Shown in pieces: positions 17,724 to 28,648 of a stretch of DNA of 64,000 nt; the first letter of the stretch is position 1, and each line of letters opens with the position of its first letter. The stretch is from an uncultured Holophaga sp. (lineage in GTDB: Bacteria; Acidobacteriota; Holophagae; Holophagales; Holophagaceae), in the NCBI GenBank assembly GCA_963664825.1, contig OY761614.1, forward strand, positions 2,400,001-2,464,000, written 5' to 3'. The position numbers were made by a program, and so were the translations under genes. The notes beneath the pieces were generated by a model that was given only the letters and a program-made list of their open reading frames with translations, was not told where the DNA came from and searched no databases.

Positions 17724-19621
17724 GTCCCCTGGCTGAGATGAACCTGGAAAATACGTCCGAGCATTACCTTGCCGCCGAGAAACACTTCGCCCGTCGGGTG
17801 GTGATCTGCGCGGGCACCGGATGCATGGCCAACGGATCGCTAAAGGTCTTCAAGGCGCTCCATGAGCAGGCCCAGGCCCAGGGCATCTCCCTTGAGATCG
17901 AACTGGACTACGAGGATCAGAAGGACAAGGCCGGTCTGCTCACCAAGAGCGGTTGCCAGGGCTTCTGCCAGATGGGTCCCCTGCTCTCTATTGAACCCGA
18001 TGGCATCCTCTACTGCCGCGTGAAGGCTACCGATGTGCCCGAGATCCTGGAGGGCGTGAAGCACGGCCAGCTGGTGGAGCGCCTCCTCTACAAGGTGCCG
18101 GCCACCGGGCAGGTCTGCAAGGGGCATGGCGATATCCCCTTCTACACCCAGCAGCACCGCACGGTCCTGAAGGCCTGCGGCGCCCTCGATCCCGAGAATC
18201 TGCGCGAGTACATCGCCCGGGGCGGCTACTTCGCGGCCCGCAAGGCCCTGACCACCATGACCGACCAGGAGGTTTGCCAGGAGATCCTGGATGCCGGCCT
18301 GCGCGGTCGCGGGGGCGGCGGCTTCCCCACGGGGCGCAAGTGGGAACTCACCCGCGTCCAGCCCAAGGGCAAGAAGTATGTGGTGTGCAACGGGGACGAG
18401 GGTGATCCCGGCGCCTTCATGGATCGCTCCGTCATGGAGGGCAATCCCCACGCCGTCCTCGAAGGCATGATGATCGCCGCCAAGGCCATCGGAGCCAATG
18501 AAGGCTATGTCTACGTCCGTGCCGAATACCCCCTGGCCGTGGCCCGGGTGCGCAAGGCCGTCAAGGATGCCGAAGAGGCAGGCATCCTGGGCGATAACAT
18601 CTTCGGCAGCGATCAGAGCTTCCGTGTGAGCGTCATGGAAGGCGCTGGCGCCTTTGTGTGCGGCGAGGAGACGGCCCTGTTGGCCTCCATCGAGGGCAAG
18701 CGTGGCATGCCCATGCCCAAGCCTCCCTTCCCGGCCCAAAGCGGCCTCAACGGGAAGCCCACGGTCATCAACAATGTGGAAACCCTGGCCTCCGTGCCCC
18801 TCATCCTGGCCAACGGCGCGGCTTGGTATCGCGCCATGGGCACCGAGAAGAGCCCAGGCACCAAGACCTTCGCCCTCACGGGCCATGTGGCCAACACGGG
18901 CCTCATCGAAGTGCCCTTCGGCGCAACCCTGCGCAAGATCGTCTTCGATATCGGCGGCGGCGTCACCAAGAAGGGGGGCGCCATCGATAACGACGCCTTC
19001 AAGGCCGTGCAGATCGGCGGCCCCAGCGGTGGCTGCCTCACCCGGGAGCACCTGGACCTGCCCATGGATTTCGATAGCCTCATCAGCATCGGCGCCATGG
19101 TGGGCTCCGGCGGCTTGGTGGTGATGAACCAGGAAACCTGCATGGTGCAGATGGCCAAGTTCTTCATGCAGTTCACCCAGAACGAGAGCTGCGGCAAATG
19201 CGTACCCTGCCGCGAGGGGACCAAGCAGATGCTGGCGCTCCTCGAAGACATCACCGAGGGCAGGGCCACCGAAGAGACGCTGCCCCTCCTGGAGCAGTTG
19301 GCGAAAAACGTGAAGCTCGGCTCGCTCTGCGGCCTGGGCAAGACCGCCCCGAACCCCGTGCTCTCCACACTGAAGCACTTCCGCCACGAGTACGAGGCCC
19401 ACGTCCAGCGCAAGGTCTGCCCCAGCCGGGTCTGCAAGAGCCTCATGACGCCCGAGATCGATGCGGCGCTCTGCAAGGGGTGCACGCTCTGTGCGAAGAA
19501 GTGCCCCGTGGGCGCCATCCACGGCGAGCGCAAGATCGCCCACACCATCGACGCCTTCACCTGCATCCGCTGCGGCGCCTGTGTCGAGACCTGCAAGTTC
19601 AACGCGATCTCTGGGATCTGA
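17720..19621 (+). CDS. NuoF-like FMN/NADH-binding subunit (HydB/beta)
   Basis: N-terminal thioredoxin-like 2Fe-2S (CAGTGC, GCQGFC), GLRGRGGGGFPTG, CNGDEGDPGAFMDR, GAFVCGEET, ESCGKCVPCREG, two C-terminal 4Fe-4S motifs. ATGA overlap with hydC. Confidence 0.94.
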   Translation: MSPLAEMNLENTSEHYLAAEKHFARRVVICAGTGCMANGSLKVFKALHEQAQAQGISLEIELDYEDQKDKAGLLTKSGCQGFCQMGPLLSIEPDGILYCRVKATDVPEILEGVKHGQLVERLLYKVPATGQVCKGHGDIPFYTQQHRTVLKACGALDPENLREYIARGGYFAARKALTTMTDQEVCQEILDAGLRGRGGGGFPTGRKWELTRVQPKGKKYVVCNGDEGDPGAFMDRSVMEGNPHAVLEGMMIAAKAIGANEGYVYVRAEYPLAVARVRKAVKDAEEAGILGDNIFGSDQSFRVSVMEGAGAFVCGEETALLASIEGKRGMPMPKPPFPAQSGLNGKPTVINNVETLASVPLILANGAAWYRAMGTEKSPGTKTFALTGHVANTGLIEVPFGATLRKIVFDIGGGVTKKGGAIDNDAFKAVQIGGPSGGCLTREHLDLPMDFDSLISIGAMVGSGGLVVMNQETCMVQMAKFFMQFTQNESCGKCVPCREGTKQMLALLEDITEGRATEETLPLLEQLAKNVKLGSLCGLGKTAPNPVLSTLKHFRHEYEAHVQRKVCPSRVCKSLMTPEIDAALCKGCTLCAKKCPVGAIHGERKIAHTIDAFTCIRCGACVETCKFNAISGI

Positions 19622-19735
19622 GGCAGGTCGGGGGGACCGCTAGGCCTGCGGCCTCTGCGTCCCCCCGGCCCTCGCGATGGCGGCGAGCCAGCCGGTCTCC
19701 ATCGCCTCTCCCCAACCGAACCCGAGGATTGAACC

Positions 19736-21772
19736 ATGACCAATGACAAGACCCTGACCATTGACGGATTCCGCGTTGCCATCGAGGCGGAGACGAACCT
19801 GCTCCAGGTGATCCGCAAGGCTCATATCGAGCTGCCCACCTTCTGCTACCACTCCGAGCTCTCCGTGTATGGCGCATGTCGCCTCTGCATGGTGGAACTG
19901 GAGGGGCGTGGCCTCGTCACGGCCTGCACCACCAAGCCCGAGCCGGGCATGAAGGTGCTGACCCAGACCGCCCAGGTGCGCGAACTGCGCAAGATCAATA
20001 TCGAACTCCTGCTCGCCAGCGGCGACCACGACTGCCCCACCTGCGGCAAGAGCGGCAACTGCAAGCTCCAGAGCCTGGCGGAGCGCCTGGGTGTCACCAA
20101 GGTGCGCTTCCACGCGCCGGTGGAGAAGAAACCCCTGGATCTCACCAGCCCCAGCCTCGTGCGCGACCCCAATAAGTGCGTGCTCTGCGGCGACTGCGTG
20201 CGCTTCTGCGCCGAGATCCAGGGCATCGGCGTGCTGGACTTCACCCATCGCGGTTCCCATTCCCAGGTATCCCCGGCCTTCAACAAGGGCCTCTTCGAGG
20301 TCGATTGCGTGGGCTGTGGCCAGTGCGCGGCTGTCTGCCCCGTGGGCGCCATTCTCGTGAAGTCCGAGGTGGAGAAGGTCTACGCCGCCATCCAGGATCC
20401 CAAGAAGACCGTCGTGGTGCAGGTGGCCCCGGCCGTCCGCGCCGCCATCGGCGAATCCTTCGGCGCCGCCAACGACACCTTCACCATGGGGCGCATCGTC
20501 TCCGCCCTGCGTCGCCTGGGCTTCGCCAAGGTCTACGACACCTCCTTCACGGCCGATCTCACCATCTGGGAAGAGGCCACGGAATTCGTGAACCGCAAGC
20601 AAAAGGGGGGCAAACTGCCCCTGTTCACCAGCTGCTGCCCCGCTTGGGTGAAGATGGCCGAACACGACTTCCCCGAGATCCTGGAGAACATCTCCACCTG
20701 CCGGAGTCCCCAGCAGATGTTCGGGAGCTTGGCCAAGGAAGTGCTGCCCAAGGAACTGGGCGTGGCTCGTGAAGATCTGGTGGTGGTGAGCATCATGCCC
20801 TGCACGGCCAAGAAGTTCGAGGCCGGTCGCGACGAGTTCATGGTGGAGGGCAAGCGGGACGTGGATGTGGTTCTCACGACCCAGGAACTGGCGCGCATGA
20901 TTCAGGACGCGGGCCTCCAGTTCTCGGAACTGCCCGTGGATAGCCTGGACCAGCCCTTCGGCACCAAGACCGGGGCGGGGGTGATCTTCGCCAATTCCGG
21001 TGGCGTGACGGAAGCCGTGATCCGCTACGCAGCCGGGCATCTGGGTGAGGAGAATCCCGTCATCGAGGAAGTCCGCCTGGAGAAGAATCGCCGGGAGTTT
21101 TCGGTGGCGACACCCTTTGGCGAAATCCGAATGGCCGTGGTCCATGGCTTGGCCAAGGCCAAGGAACTGGTGCGGGAGATCCAGGCCGGCAAGAGCGACG
21201 TGGAGTTCGTGGAAATCATGGCCTGCCCCGGTGGATGCATCGGCGGCGCTGGCCAGCCCACCACCCATTCCGCAGGGACCCGGCATCAGCGGACCCAGGT
21301 CATTCGTGACGTGGACACCACCCTGGACACCCACTGTCCCCAGGAGAACCACGTCATCAAGGATCTCTACAAGGACCGGTTGGGCGAGCCCAATGGCGCT
21401 GAGGCCCATCGCCTCCTCCACACTCATTACCACAGCCGCAAGCGCATCGAGGCCGAGGGCATCGCTCTCTCGGAGATCACTGGAACGGTCAAGATCCCTG
21501 TCAATGTGTGCCTGGGCACGGCTTGCCATCTGCGGGGCGCTCAAGGGCTCCTCAAACAGATCCTCAAGCATGTGGATGAGGCCGAACTCAGCGAGGTCTT
21601 TGATATCCGAGCCACCTTCTGCATGGAGTCCTGCGACAACGGGCCCACGGTGCGGGTGAACGGCCATGTGCTACGGCATGCCACCTTTGAAATGGTTCGG
21701 GACACCCTGGCTGCTGCCGCTGCGGGTAAACTACCCGCGGTGGAGGTCTCTGATGGCTGTGCCCACGCATGA
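19736..21772 (+). CDS. hydA: [FeFe]-hydrogenase catalytic subunit (group A3 type)
   Basis: H-cluster motifs TSCCPAW, MPCTAKKFE, EIMACPGGCIGGAGQP. N-terminal 2Fe-2S, His-ligated 4Fe-4S and 2x4Fe-4S motifs. C-terminal thioredoxin-like 2Fe-2S (VCLGTAC...CMESC). Confidence 0.95.
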   Translation: MTNDKTLTIDGFRVAIEAETNLLQVIRKAHIELPTFCYHSELSVYGACRLCMVELEGRGLVTACTTKPEPGMKVLTQTAQVRELRKINIELLLASGDHDCPTCGKSGNCKLQSLAERLGVTKVRFHAPVEKKPLDLTSPSLVRDPNKCVLCGDCVRFCAEIQGIGVLDFTHRGSHSQVSPAFNKGLFEVDCVGCGQCAAVCPVGAILVKSEVEKVYAAIQDPKKTVVVQVAPAVRAAIGESFGAANDTFTMGRIVSALRRLGFAKVYDTSFTADLTIWEEATEFVNRKQKGGKLPLFTSCCPAWVKMAEHDFPEILENISTCRSPQQMFGSLAKEVLPKELGVAREDLVVVSIMPCTAKKFEAGRDEFMVEGKRDVDVVLTTQELARMIQDAGLQFSELPVDSLDQPFGTKTGAGVIFANSGGVTEAVIRYAAGHLGEENPVIEEVRLEKNRREFSVATPFGEIRMAVVHGLAKAKELVREIQAGKSDVEFVEIMACPGGCIGGAGQPTTHSAGTRHQRTQVIRDVDTTLDTHCPQENHVIKDLYKDRLGEPNGAEAHRLLHTHYHSRKRIEAEGIALSEITGTVKIPVNVCLGTACHLRGAQGLLKQILKHVDEAELSEVFDIRATFCMESCDNGPTVRVNGHVLRHATFEMVRDTLAAAAAGKLPAVEVSDGCAHA

Positions 21773-22013
21773 AATCGTGGTCTGCATGGGAAGCGCCTGC
21801 TTCTCCCGGGGGAATGCCGACACCGTTCCGGTGATTCAGGAATTCCTCCGGGCGAAGGGCATGGAACATTCGGTCACGCTCACGGGGACCCTCTGTCAGA
21901 ATCACTGCCGACAGGGGCCCAATCTGTCTGTGGATGGGGAGTGCCTCTGCGGGGTTGAACCTGCGACCCTGCCAGAGCTTCTCGCTGAACATCTGGCTGA
22001 GCATCAGGGTTAG
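21753..22013 (+). CDS. Thioredoxin-like 2Fe-2S ferredoxin (HfsA-like)
   Basis: VCMGSACFSRGN...LCQNHCRQGP. GGAGG SD before ATG 21753. Overlaps the hydA 3' end by 20 nt. Confidence 0.85.
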   Translation: MAVPTHEIVVCMGSACFSRGNADTVPVIQEFLRAKGMEHSVTLTGTLCQNHCRQGPNLSVDGECLCGVEPATLPELLAEHLAEHQG

Positions 22014-22028
22014 CCGGAGAACCCCGAC

Positions 22029-23786
22029 ATGAACTCCAAGCAGCCGATTTTCACGGAAAAGGCGCGGTGCCAGGATTGCTATAAGTGTGTGCGGGCCTGC
22101 CCGGTCAAGGCCATCCAGGTGGTCGACGATAGCGCCGCGGTGATGCCTGAGCGCTGCGTGTTCTGCGGCACCTGCGTGAACGTGTGTCCCGTGGGTGCCA
22201 AGAAGGTGCGCGATGACCTGGGACGGGCCAAGCTGGTGCTCAAGCGCAAGGCGAAGGTGGTGGCGAGTCTTGCCCCATCCTTCGTGGCCGAATTCCCGGG
22301 GCTCGAGCCCGCGCGGCTGATCCACGCCCTCAAGGCCTTGGGCTTCTGGGCCGTCTCCGAGACGGCCCTGGGCGCCGAGGAGGTCTCCGCGGCCTGCGCC
22401 CTGGAACTCGAGAAGGGCGGGCCCGGGGCCTACCTCTCCACCGCATGTCCCACCGTGGTGGAACTGATCCGGCGCTATCACGCCGATCAGATCCCCGCAC
22501 TCACTCCTCTCCTCTCGCCGCTCCTGGCCCACTGCAAGCTGCTCCGCCGCGAATACGGGGAGGATATCGGCATCGTGTTCATCGGACCCTGCATCTCCAA
22601 GAAGCTGGAAGCCGACGCCCGGCCCGAACTGTTGGATGTGGCCCTCACCTTCGCTGATCTGCACCGATGGCTGGAGGATCGGGGCATCGATCCCGCTTCC
22701 GAACCCTTCGATGACGCGGATGCCTTCGTGCCCAAGGAGGCCCGGGATGGCGCCCTCTACCCCGCGGATGGCGGCATGAATAAGGGCATCGCCTACCGTC
22801 GGAATACGGAGGACGTGAAGTTCATGTCCTTTTCGGGTATTCACTTCCTGCAGGAGGCCATGGAGGGTCTGCGCAACCATGACCTGAAGCAGAAGCTCTT
22901 CCTGGAGCTGCTGGCCTGCGAGGGGGGCTGCGTCAATGGCCCCCAGGCCTCCAAGACCTGCGGCACCGCCCTCAAATGGCTCCAGGTGCTCGATTACGCC
23001 TCCGAACCCGAGCGGCCCCTCCCTGAGCCCAGCCTCGACCTGGCGGCGGAGACCTCACCGGCTCCCGTGCCCGAGTATTCCCACGAGCTGCCGGAGGTGC
23101 TTCAGGCCCTGCGAAGGCTGGGCAAGACGACCCCCGAGGACGAACTCAACTGTGGCGGCTGCGGCTACGACAGCTGTCGGCACCTGGCCCAGGCGCTCTT
23201 GGAGGGCCGGGCCGAGCCCAATATGTGCGTGTCCTACATGCGCAAGCTGGCCATGAACAAGGCCAATGCCCTGGTTCGTTGCATGCCCGCGGGGGTGGTG
23301 ATCGCGGATGAAAACCTCTTCATCGTCGAGTGCAACCGCCGTTTCGCGGAGACTCTCGGGGGCGATACGCCGGAAGTCTTCGACGCCAAGCCCGGCATGA
23401 GCGGCGCCGATCTCACCAAGGTGTGCCCGGAGCTGCGGGGCTTCTTCGCCAAGGGGTTGGAGAAGGAAGTGGATGATCTCCGCAAGGATGTGCGCGTGGG
23501 GGATCGCATCCTGCGCCTCACGGTCTTCACGGTCGAATTGGGCTGCGTGGTTGGCGGCATCCTTCAGGACATCACCGAGCCCGCCGTGCAGCGGGAACAG
23601 ATCATCCAGCGGGCCCAGGAGGTCATCCGCAAGAACGTGACCACCGTGCAGCAGATCGCCTTCCTGCTGGGGGAGAACGCCGCAGAGACCGAGATCATGC
23701 TCGATTCGCTCTCCTCCTCCTTCCGCATCGCGCCTTCCCCCCTGGGCGGCCCCGCGCCGGAGGAGGACTCGCGCCGTGGGAAATAG
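22029..23786 (+). CDS. Putative sensory [FeFe]-hydrogenase with PAS domain (HydS/HfsB-like, group C)
   Basis: 2x4Fe-4S motifs, divergent H-cluster motifs STACP, IGPCISKKLEA, ELLACEGGCVNGP, FeS motif NCGGCGYDSC, C-terminal PAS-like region and QQIAFLLGE tail. Confidence 0.88.
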   Translation: MNSKQPIFTEKARCQDCYKCVRACPVKAIQVVDDSAAVMPERCVFCGTCVNVCPVGAKKVRDDLGRAKLVLKRKAKVVASLAPSFVAEFPGLEPARLIHALKALGFWAVSETALGAEEVSAACALELEKGGPGAYLSTACPTVVELIRRYHADQIPALTPLLSPLLAHCKLLRREYGEDIGIVFIGPCISKKLEADARPELLDVALTFADLHRWLEDRGIDPASEPFDDADAFVPKEARDGALYPADGGMNKGIAYRRNTEDVKFMSFSGIHFLQEAMEGLRNHDLKQKLFLELLACEGGCVNGPQASKTCGTALKWLQVLDYASEPERPLPEPSLDLAAETSPAPVPEYSHELPEVLQALRRLGKTTPEDELNCGGCGYDSCRHLAQALLEGRAEPNMCVSYMRKLAMNKANALVRCMPAGVVIADENLFIVECNRRFAETLGGDTPEVFDAKPGMSGADLTKVCPELRGFFAKGLEKEVDDLRKDVRVGDRILRLTVFTVELGCVVGGILQDITEPAVQREQIIQRAQEVIRKNVTTVQQIAFLLGENAAETEIMLDSLSSSFRIAPSPLGGPAPEEDSRRGK

Positions 23787-24969
23787 CGCCAACGCCTTCT
23801 TCATCGAGGTCGACCACGCCCAGGAAAAGAAGGCGGGGCAGGCGGCCTGTGGGGACGTCTTCCTCTCTCAGAAGTTGGAGGCCGGGGAACGGGTGGTCTC
23901 CGTGCTGGCCGACGGCCTGGGCAGTGGCATCAAGGCCTCGGTGTTGGCCCATCTCACCGCCACCATGGCCGCTCGCTATGTGGCCGAGGACGCCGATATC
24001 GGCCGGGCGGCCCGCACCATCCTGGCGACGCTGCCGGTCTGCAGCGAACGGAAGATCGCCTACTCCACCTTCACCATCGTGGACATGGACCGGCGGGGCG
24101 AAACGCATATCGTGGAATACGATAATCCGCCCTTCCTGCTGATCCGCGCCGGTGAAGTGGTGTCGGTCTCCCAGCAGGAGATGCGCCTGCCCACAGCCCT
24201 CGGTCGGGACGCGGTGATCCGGGAGGCGCGGTTCCTGGCGCAGCCCGGCGATCGCATCGTGATCTGCTCCGATGGCGTGACGCAGGCCGGCGTGGGCCAG
24301 CGGGCGACGCCCCTGGGGTGGGGCACGGATGCGGAAAGCTCCTACCTCTGCGGGATACTCAAGGAGCGTCCGGGCATTTCCGCCCGACAGCTCGGCCGGG
24401 CTGTGGTGCAGAAGGCCATGTCGCTAGATGGCCACAAGGCCAAGGATGACATCACCTGTAGCGTGATCTACCTGCGCAAACCGCGGGAGGTCATGGTGTT
24501 CACCGGGGCTTCCGTCAACCGCGCCATGGACAAGGAACTGGCCAATCTCGCCCTCCATTTCGAGGGACGCAAGGTCATCTGTGGGGGGACCACCGCGAGC
24601 ATCCTCAGCCGTGAGCTGGGGCGGAAGCTGGAGATGGACCTGCGTGAACTGGACCCCGATGTGCCGCCTGTTTCGAGCCTGGAGGGCTTCGATCTCGTCA
24701 CCGAGGGCGCCATCACCCTGGCGGTCGCCGCGCGGCTGCTGGAGGAGCACGAGAATCCCGAGCTGCTCAAGCCCAATGCCGCCACCCGCCTGGCTGGGGT
24801 CTTCCTCGATAGCGATATCCTCCATTTCATCGTCGGCACCAAGATCAACGAAGCCCTCCAGGATCCCTGCCTCCCTCCGGATCTCGATATCCGGCGCAAT
24901 ATCCTGCGGCGGCTCCAGCGCGTGCTGACCGAAAAATTTCTGAAAGAAGTGCATGTGATGTTCGTCTAG
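23776..24969 (+). CDS. SpoIIE/PP2C-type Ser/Thr phosphatase (HfsC-like)
   Basis: [49 protein letters not shown] before GTG. Confidence 0.88.
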   Translation: MGNSANAFFIEVDHAQEKKAGQAACGDVFLSQKLEAGERVVSVLADGLGSGIKASVLAHLTATMAARYVAEDADIGRAARTILATLPVCSERKIAYSTFTIVDMDRRGETHIVEYDNPPFLLIRAGEVVSVSQQEMRLPTALGRDAVIREARFLAQPGDRIVICSDGVTQAGVGQRATPLGWGTDAESSYLCGILKERPGISARQLGRAVVQKAMSLDGHKAKDDITCSVIYLRKPREVMVFTGASVNRAMDKELANLALHFEGRKVICGGTTASILSRELGRKLEMDLRELDPDVPPVSSLEGFDLVTEGAITLAVAARLLEEHENPELLKPNAATRLAGVFLDSDILHFIVGTKINEALQDPCLPPDLDIRRNILRRLQRVLTEKFLKEVHVMFV

Positions 24970-25925
24970 CGCCACCGCGCGGCGCGCCAGGCTGCCTGTT
25001 GGCCGGGATCGAGGAAGGTCCAGGCCAGGATGCGGCTCTTCTTCTGGCCCTGGGCCATCTCAAGGGTTCGGCAATCCACCACCCGAGCCTGCTTGAGGGC
25101 GGCCCGGAGGCCTGGCAGGCTGGAGGATTTCGAGACCAGGGTGGTGAACCAGAAACACTGGGTCGGGATCCGGGCACTCTCCTGGATCATCCGCCCCAGG
25201 AAGGCTCCCTCTCCCCCCGGACACCAGAGTTCACGGCCCTGGCCGCCGAAATTCCGCCTGCTCACGCTCTTGCCGAGATTCCGCCATTTGCGCTCGGTGC
25301 CTTCCCCTGCCTCCCGGAGGGAGGAGTGGAAGGGCGGGTTGCACAGGCAGGCATCGAAGGTCTCGCCCTTCTCCAAGAGTCCCTGGAAGATGTGCGAAGG
25401 GTTTGCCTGGAGCCGCAGATGGATGGCCTCCGCCAGCCCCGGATTGGCCTCCAGGGTCCGTCCTGCGGACGCGAGGGCGGCGCCGTCGATATCCGAACCG
25501 AGAAAGCGCCATCCGTATTCGCGATGGCCGATGAGAGGGTAGATCCCGTTGGCGCCCACGCCGATATCCAGGATATGGATGGGTTCTCCCCGGGGGATTT
25601 GACCTCCGTTGCAGGTGGCCAGGAGATCGGCGAGGTGATGCAGGTAGTCGGCCCGGCCGGGGATGGGCGGACATAGATAGCCCGGCGGGATATCCCAACC
25701 CCGGACACCATAGAAATGAGCCAGGAGCGCCCGGTTCAGGGCCTTGACGGCCTCGGGATCGGCGAAGTCGATGGAGGGATCGCCATGGATGTTCACCGCC
25801 ACGAAGGGGGCGAGTTCTGGGCAGCTTCGGGAGAGCTGGGCGAAATCATAGCGCTCCCGGTGGCGGTTCCGGGGATGGAGGCCTGGTTTTGCGGGAGATG
25901 CCTCGGTGGGGGGATTTCGAGCCAT
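24966..25925 (-). CDS. rlmF: 23S rRNA m6A1618 methyltransferase
   Basis: [54 protein letters not shown]. Confidence 0.93.
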   Translation of the reverse strand: MARNPPTEASPAKPGLHPRNRHRERYDFAQLSRSCPELAPFVAVNIHGDPSIDFADPEAVKALNRALLAHFYGVRGWDIPPGYLCPPIPGRADYLHHLADLLATCNGGQIPRGEPIHILDIGVGANGIYPLIGHREYGWRFLGSDIDGAALASAGRTLEANPGLAEAIHLRLQANPSHIFQGLLEKGETFDACLCNPPFHSSLREAGEGTERKWRNLGKSVSRRNFGGQGRELWCPGGEGAFLGRMIQESARIPTQCFWFTTLVSKSSSLPGLRAALKQARVVDCRTLEMAQGQKKSRILAWTFLDPGQQAAWRAARWR

Positions 25926-26213
25926 GGTTCATCCTGGGGCGCTGGATCAGGTGCATCTCGAGTATCCGGCAGGTTGGGGTTGGGGAAACTGCGAATTGTG
26001 GTTCAGGCCCACTCCTTAAAGACAATGGGCCCGTTCCAAACGCATTATCTGGGTTTATTGTATAAGAGGTTGGAAAATATATTTTTACGATTTTGAATGC
26101 CTACTTGTTGGTAACATTGGCTCAGACTAGGGAGGCCTGAGACGCAGGCCTCGCCGCTCGGGGATGGTTTCGAACCCCACTGGTTCCTTTTCTTGAGAGA
26201 ATATCCGTCTGGC

Positions 26214-28583
26214 ATGAGCAATATGACTGGCGCAATGGCGATCAAAAGTGTGGGGTTGGACCGTTTGGCTTTCCTGGAGGCCAGTCATGCGGTATCCCGG
26301 GGTGTGGCCTCTCTCTTTGATTGCGCGTCTCTTTCCTTCGAATACATGGACCCCGCCGTCGAGGGTCTCTTGGGTTTCACCGCGGAGGAGATCGAGACCG
26401 GTGGGACCGAATTCCTCATGGCTCTCGTCCATTCCGATGATCAGGGCGTGATCCCTTGGCGGAACCGCGAGGCCCTTTCTTGCTTTGGGCAAGAATCCGA
26501 ACGGGCCGTCCTGGAGAGCGAATACCGGATGCGCCACAAGGACGGGAGATGGAGGTGGTTCCATACCCACCGGACGGCCTATGACCATCATCCGGATGGT
26601 CGTCTCTGCCGCATTCTCTCCTTCTCCTCCGATATCACCGCGCGCAAGGAATCCGAGGAGGCCCTCCTGCGCAGTGAGGCGATGCTCGCGGAGGCTCAAG
26701 GGCTGGCTGGACTCGGCAGCTTCGAGTTAACGCCTCACCAGACTGAGAAGGTCTGGTCGGAAGGGATGTTTCGGCTCTTCGACCGGGATCCCCAATTGGG
26801 TCCCATGTCGGTCCCAGAACTGCTGGAGGTGGTCTACCCCGAGGATCGGCGGGCCTTCCAGGCGGCCCGGAAAATGCTGTTCGAGGACGGTGTGCCCCTC
26901 CATCTGGAACATCGGATCGTCTGGCAAGACGGCTCCGTCCACAACCTGGTCACCAACGCCCACTGGGTTGTCTCCCCAGAGGGAGGGGCCGGGCGCATGG
27001 TGGGAGCGATCCTGGATATCACGGACCGGAAGCGCTCTGAAATGGAACTGCGGGAGAGCATGCACCGCTTCCACGATCTGGCCGATTGCCTGCCCCAGCC
27101 GGTCTTCGAGGTGGATCGCGCCGGACGGTTGAACTATGTGAACCGCTGCGCCATCACTTCCTTCGGCTACCCCATCGAAGAGCTCTTGGGCCACCACGCC
27201 ATCGAACTCCTCGTTGTGGAGGACAGGCTTCGGGCCATCCAGGATTTGGCGAATGGGATGAATGATGGCAGCCCTAGGCATGAATTCATGGTCCTGCGCA
27301 AGGATGGAACCGTCTTCCCCGTGCTCATCCATGCCTCCCCTATCATCAAGGAGGGTGTGCCCGTGGGCTTGAGGGGCATCGTGGTGGACCTCACGGAGAG
27401 TCGGCGCGCGCAGGAGGAGCAGGAGCGCCTCCAGGAGCGCCTGATGCAGGCCGAGAAAATGGATGCCGTCGGTCAGTTGGCCGGGGGCATCGCCCACGAC
27501 TTCAACAACCACCTCAGCGCCATCATGGGCTTTGCGGGGATGCTGCACGAGCGCCTTGAGGACCCGACCCTGCGCCGCTATGCGAGCAATATCCTGAAAT
27601 CCAGCCAGCGTTCGGCCGAACTCACCAAACAGTTGCTGGCCTTCGCCCGCAAGGGAAAGTACCTATCGGTTCCAGTGAACATGCACGAGATCATCGAAGA
27701 GGTCATGCAGATCCTGGAACACAGCATCGATAAGCGGATTGCCCTCAGCGCGGAACTGAGCGCCCAGTCGCCGATGATCATGGGGGACCCGACCCAGCTC
27801 GAGAACGCACTCATGAACATGGCGCTCAATGCGCGGGATGCGATGCCCAATGGCGGCTGCCTTCGTTTCGCGACCCAAGCCTGCCATCTCGATGAGATCT
27901 ATTGCCGCACGCTGCCCTACGAACTGAAGCCCGGTCCTTTTCTCCAGGTGAGCGTAAGCGATACGGGCATCGGCATGGACCGGGAGCTCCAGAAGCGGAT
28001 CTTCGATCCCTTCTTCACCACCAAGGAGGTGGGGAAGGGCACGGGGCTGGGAATGGCCTCGGTGTATGGGACGGTCAAACACCACAATGGCGCCATCAAT
28101 GTCTACAGCGAGGTGGGCCGCGGGAGCTGTTTCAAACTCTACTTCCCCCTCACGGACCTTGATATGGGCAGGGTGGAGGCTTCCGCGGAGCTGGAACCGA
28201 CTCCCGGCAATCAAGTGGTGTTGGTCGTGGAGGATGAGGCCCTGGTGGGCGAGATGCTCACCCATATGCTGGAGCACCTCGGCCATCAGGTGATCCTGCT
28301 GAAGGATGGCCAGGAGGCCGTCGAATTCTATGCCGAGGCCGGGGAGTTCGTGGATCTGGTCATCCTGGATCTGGTGATGCCGAGGCTCTGTGGCAAGGAT
28401 ACCTTCCGGGAACTCCGCAAAATCAATCCCGGCGTCCGGGTGCTGCTCTCCTCGGGGTACAGCGTGGATGGCGAGGCCCAGCTCCTCTTTGACGAGGGGG
28501 CCCTGGGCTTCCTCCAGAAACCCTACAAGATCGTTGAATTGGGGCGCGTTCTCTCCGAGGTCCTTTCCCATCCAACTGCGTGA
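26214..28583 (+). CDS. Cytoplasmic multi-PAS hybrid histidine kinase with receiver
   Basis: Three PAS/PAC-like repeats, GQLAGGIAHDFNN, NARDAM, FFTTKEVGKGTGLG, REC (ILDLVMP). Start uncertain. Confidence 0.92.
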   Translation: MSNMTGAMAIKSVGLDRLAFLEASHAVSRGVASLFDCASLSFEYMDPAVEGLLGFTAEEIETGGTEFLMALVHSDDQGVIPWRNREALSCFGQESERAVLESEYRMRHKDGRWRWFHTHRTAYDHHPDGRLCRILSFSSDITARKESEEALLRSEAMLAEAQGLAGLGSFELTPHQTEKVWSEGMFRLFDRDPQLGPMSVPELLEVVYPEDRRAFQAARKMLFEDGVPLHLEHRIVWQDGSVHNLVTNAHWVVSPEGGAGRMVGAILDITDRKRSEMELRESMHRFHDLADCLPQPVFEVDRAGRLNYVNRCAITSFGYPIEELLGHHAIELLVVEDRLRAIQDLANGMNDGSPRHEFMVLRKDGTVFPVLIHASPIIKEGVPVGLRGIVVDLTESRRAQEEQERLQERLMQAEKMDAVGQLAGGIAHDFNNHLSAIMGFAGMLHERLEDPTLRRYASNILKSSQRSAELTKQLLAFARKGKYLSVPVNMHEIIEEVMQILEHSIDKRIALSAELSAQSPMIMGDPTQLENALMNMALNARDAMPNGGCLRFATQACHLDEIYCRTLPYELKPGPFLQVSVSDTGIGMDRELQKRIFDPFFTTKEVGKGTGLGMASVYGTVKHHNGAINVYSEVGRGSCFKLYFPLTDLDMGRVEASAELEPTPGNQVVLVVEDEALVGEMLTHMLEHLGHQVILLKDGQEAVEFYAEAGEFVDLVILDLVMPRLCGKDTFRELRKINPGVRVLLSSGYSVDGEAQLLFDEGALGFLQKPYKIVELGRVLSEVLSHPTA

Positions 28584-28648
28584 TCCCAGCCGGTGTTATG
28601 GGATCACGCAATCGGGTTCAGGACTGTGGGGAAAGGAATAGCCCGGGA

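Noticed and set aside
24966..25925. rlmF as part of the hydrogenase system
   Set aside because: It is convergent and functionally unrelated. The 4-nt stop overlap is common in compact genomes.
25930..26200. AT-rich intergenic stretch with small hairpins as a possible riboswitch
   Set aside because: No recognisable aptamer consensus (e.g. c-di-GMP-I GGCAAAC...GACGCAAAG). Best explained as a divergent promoter region.
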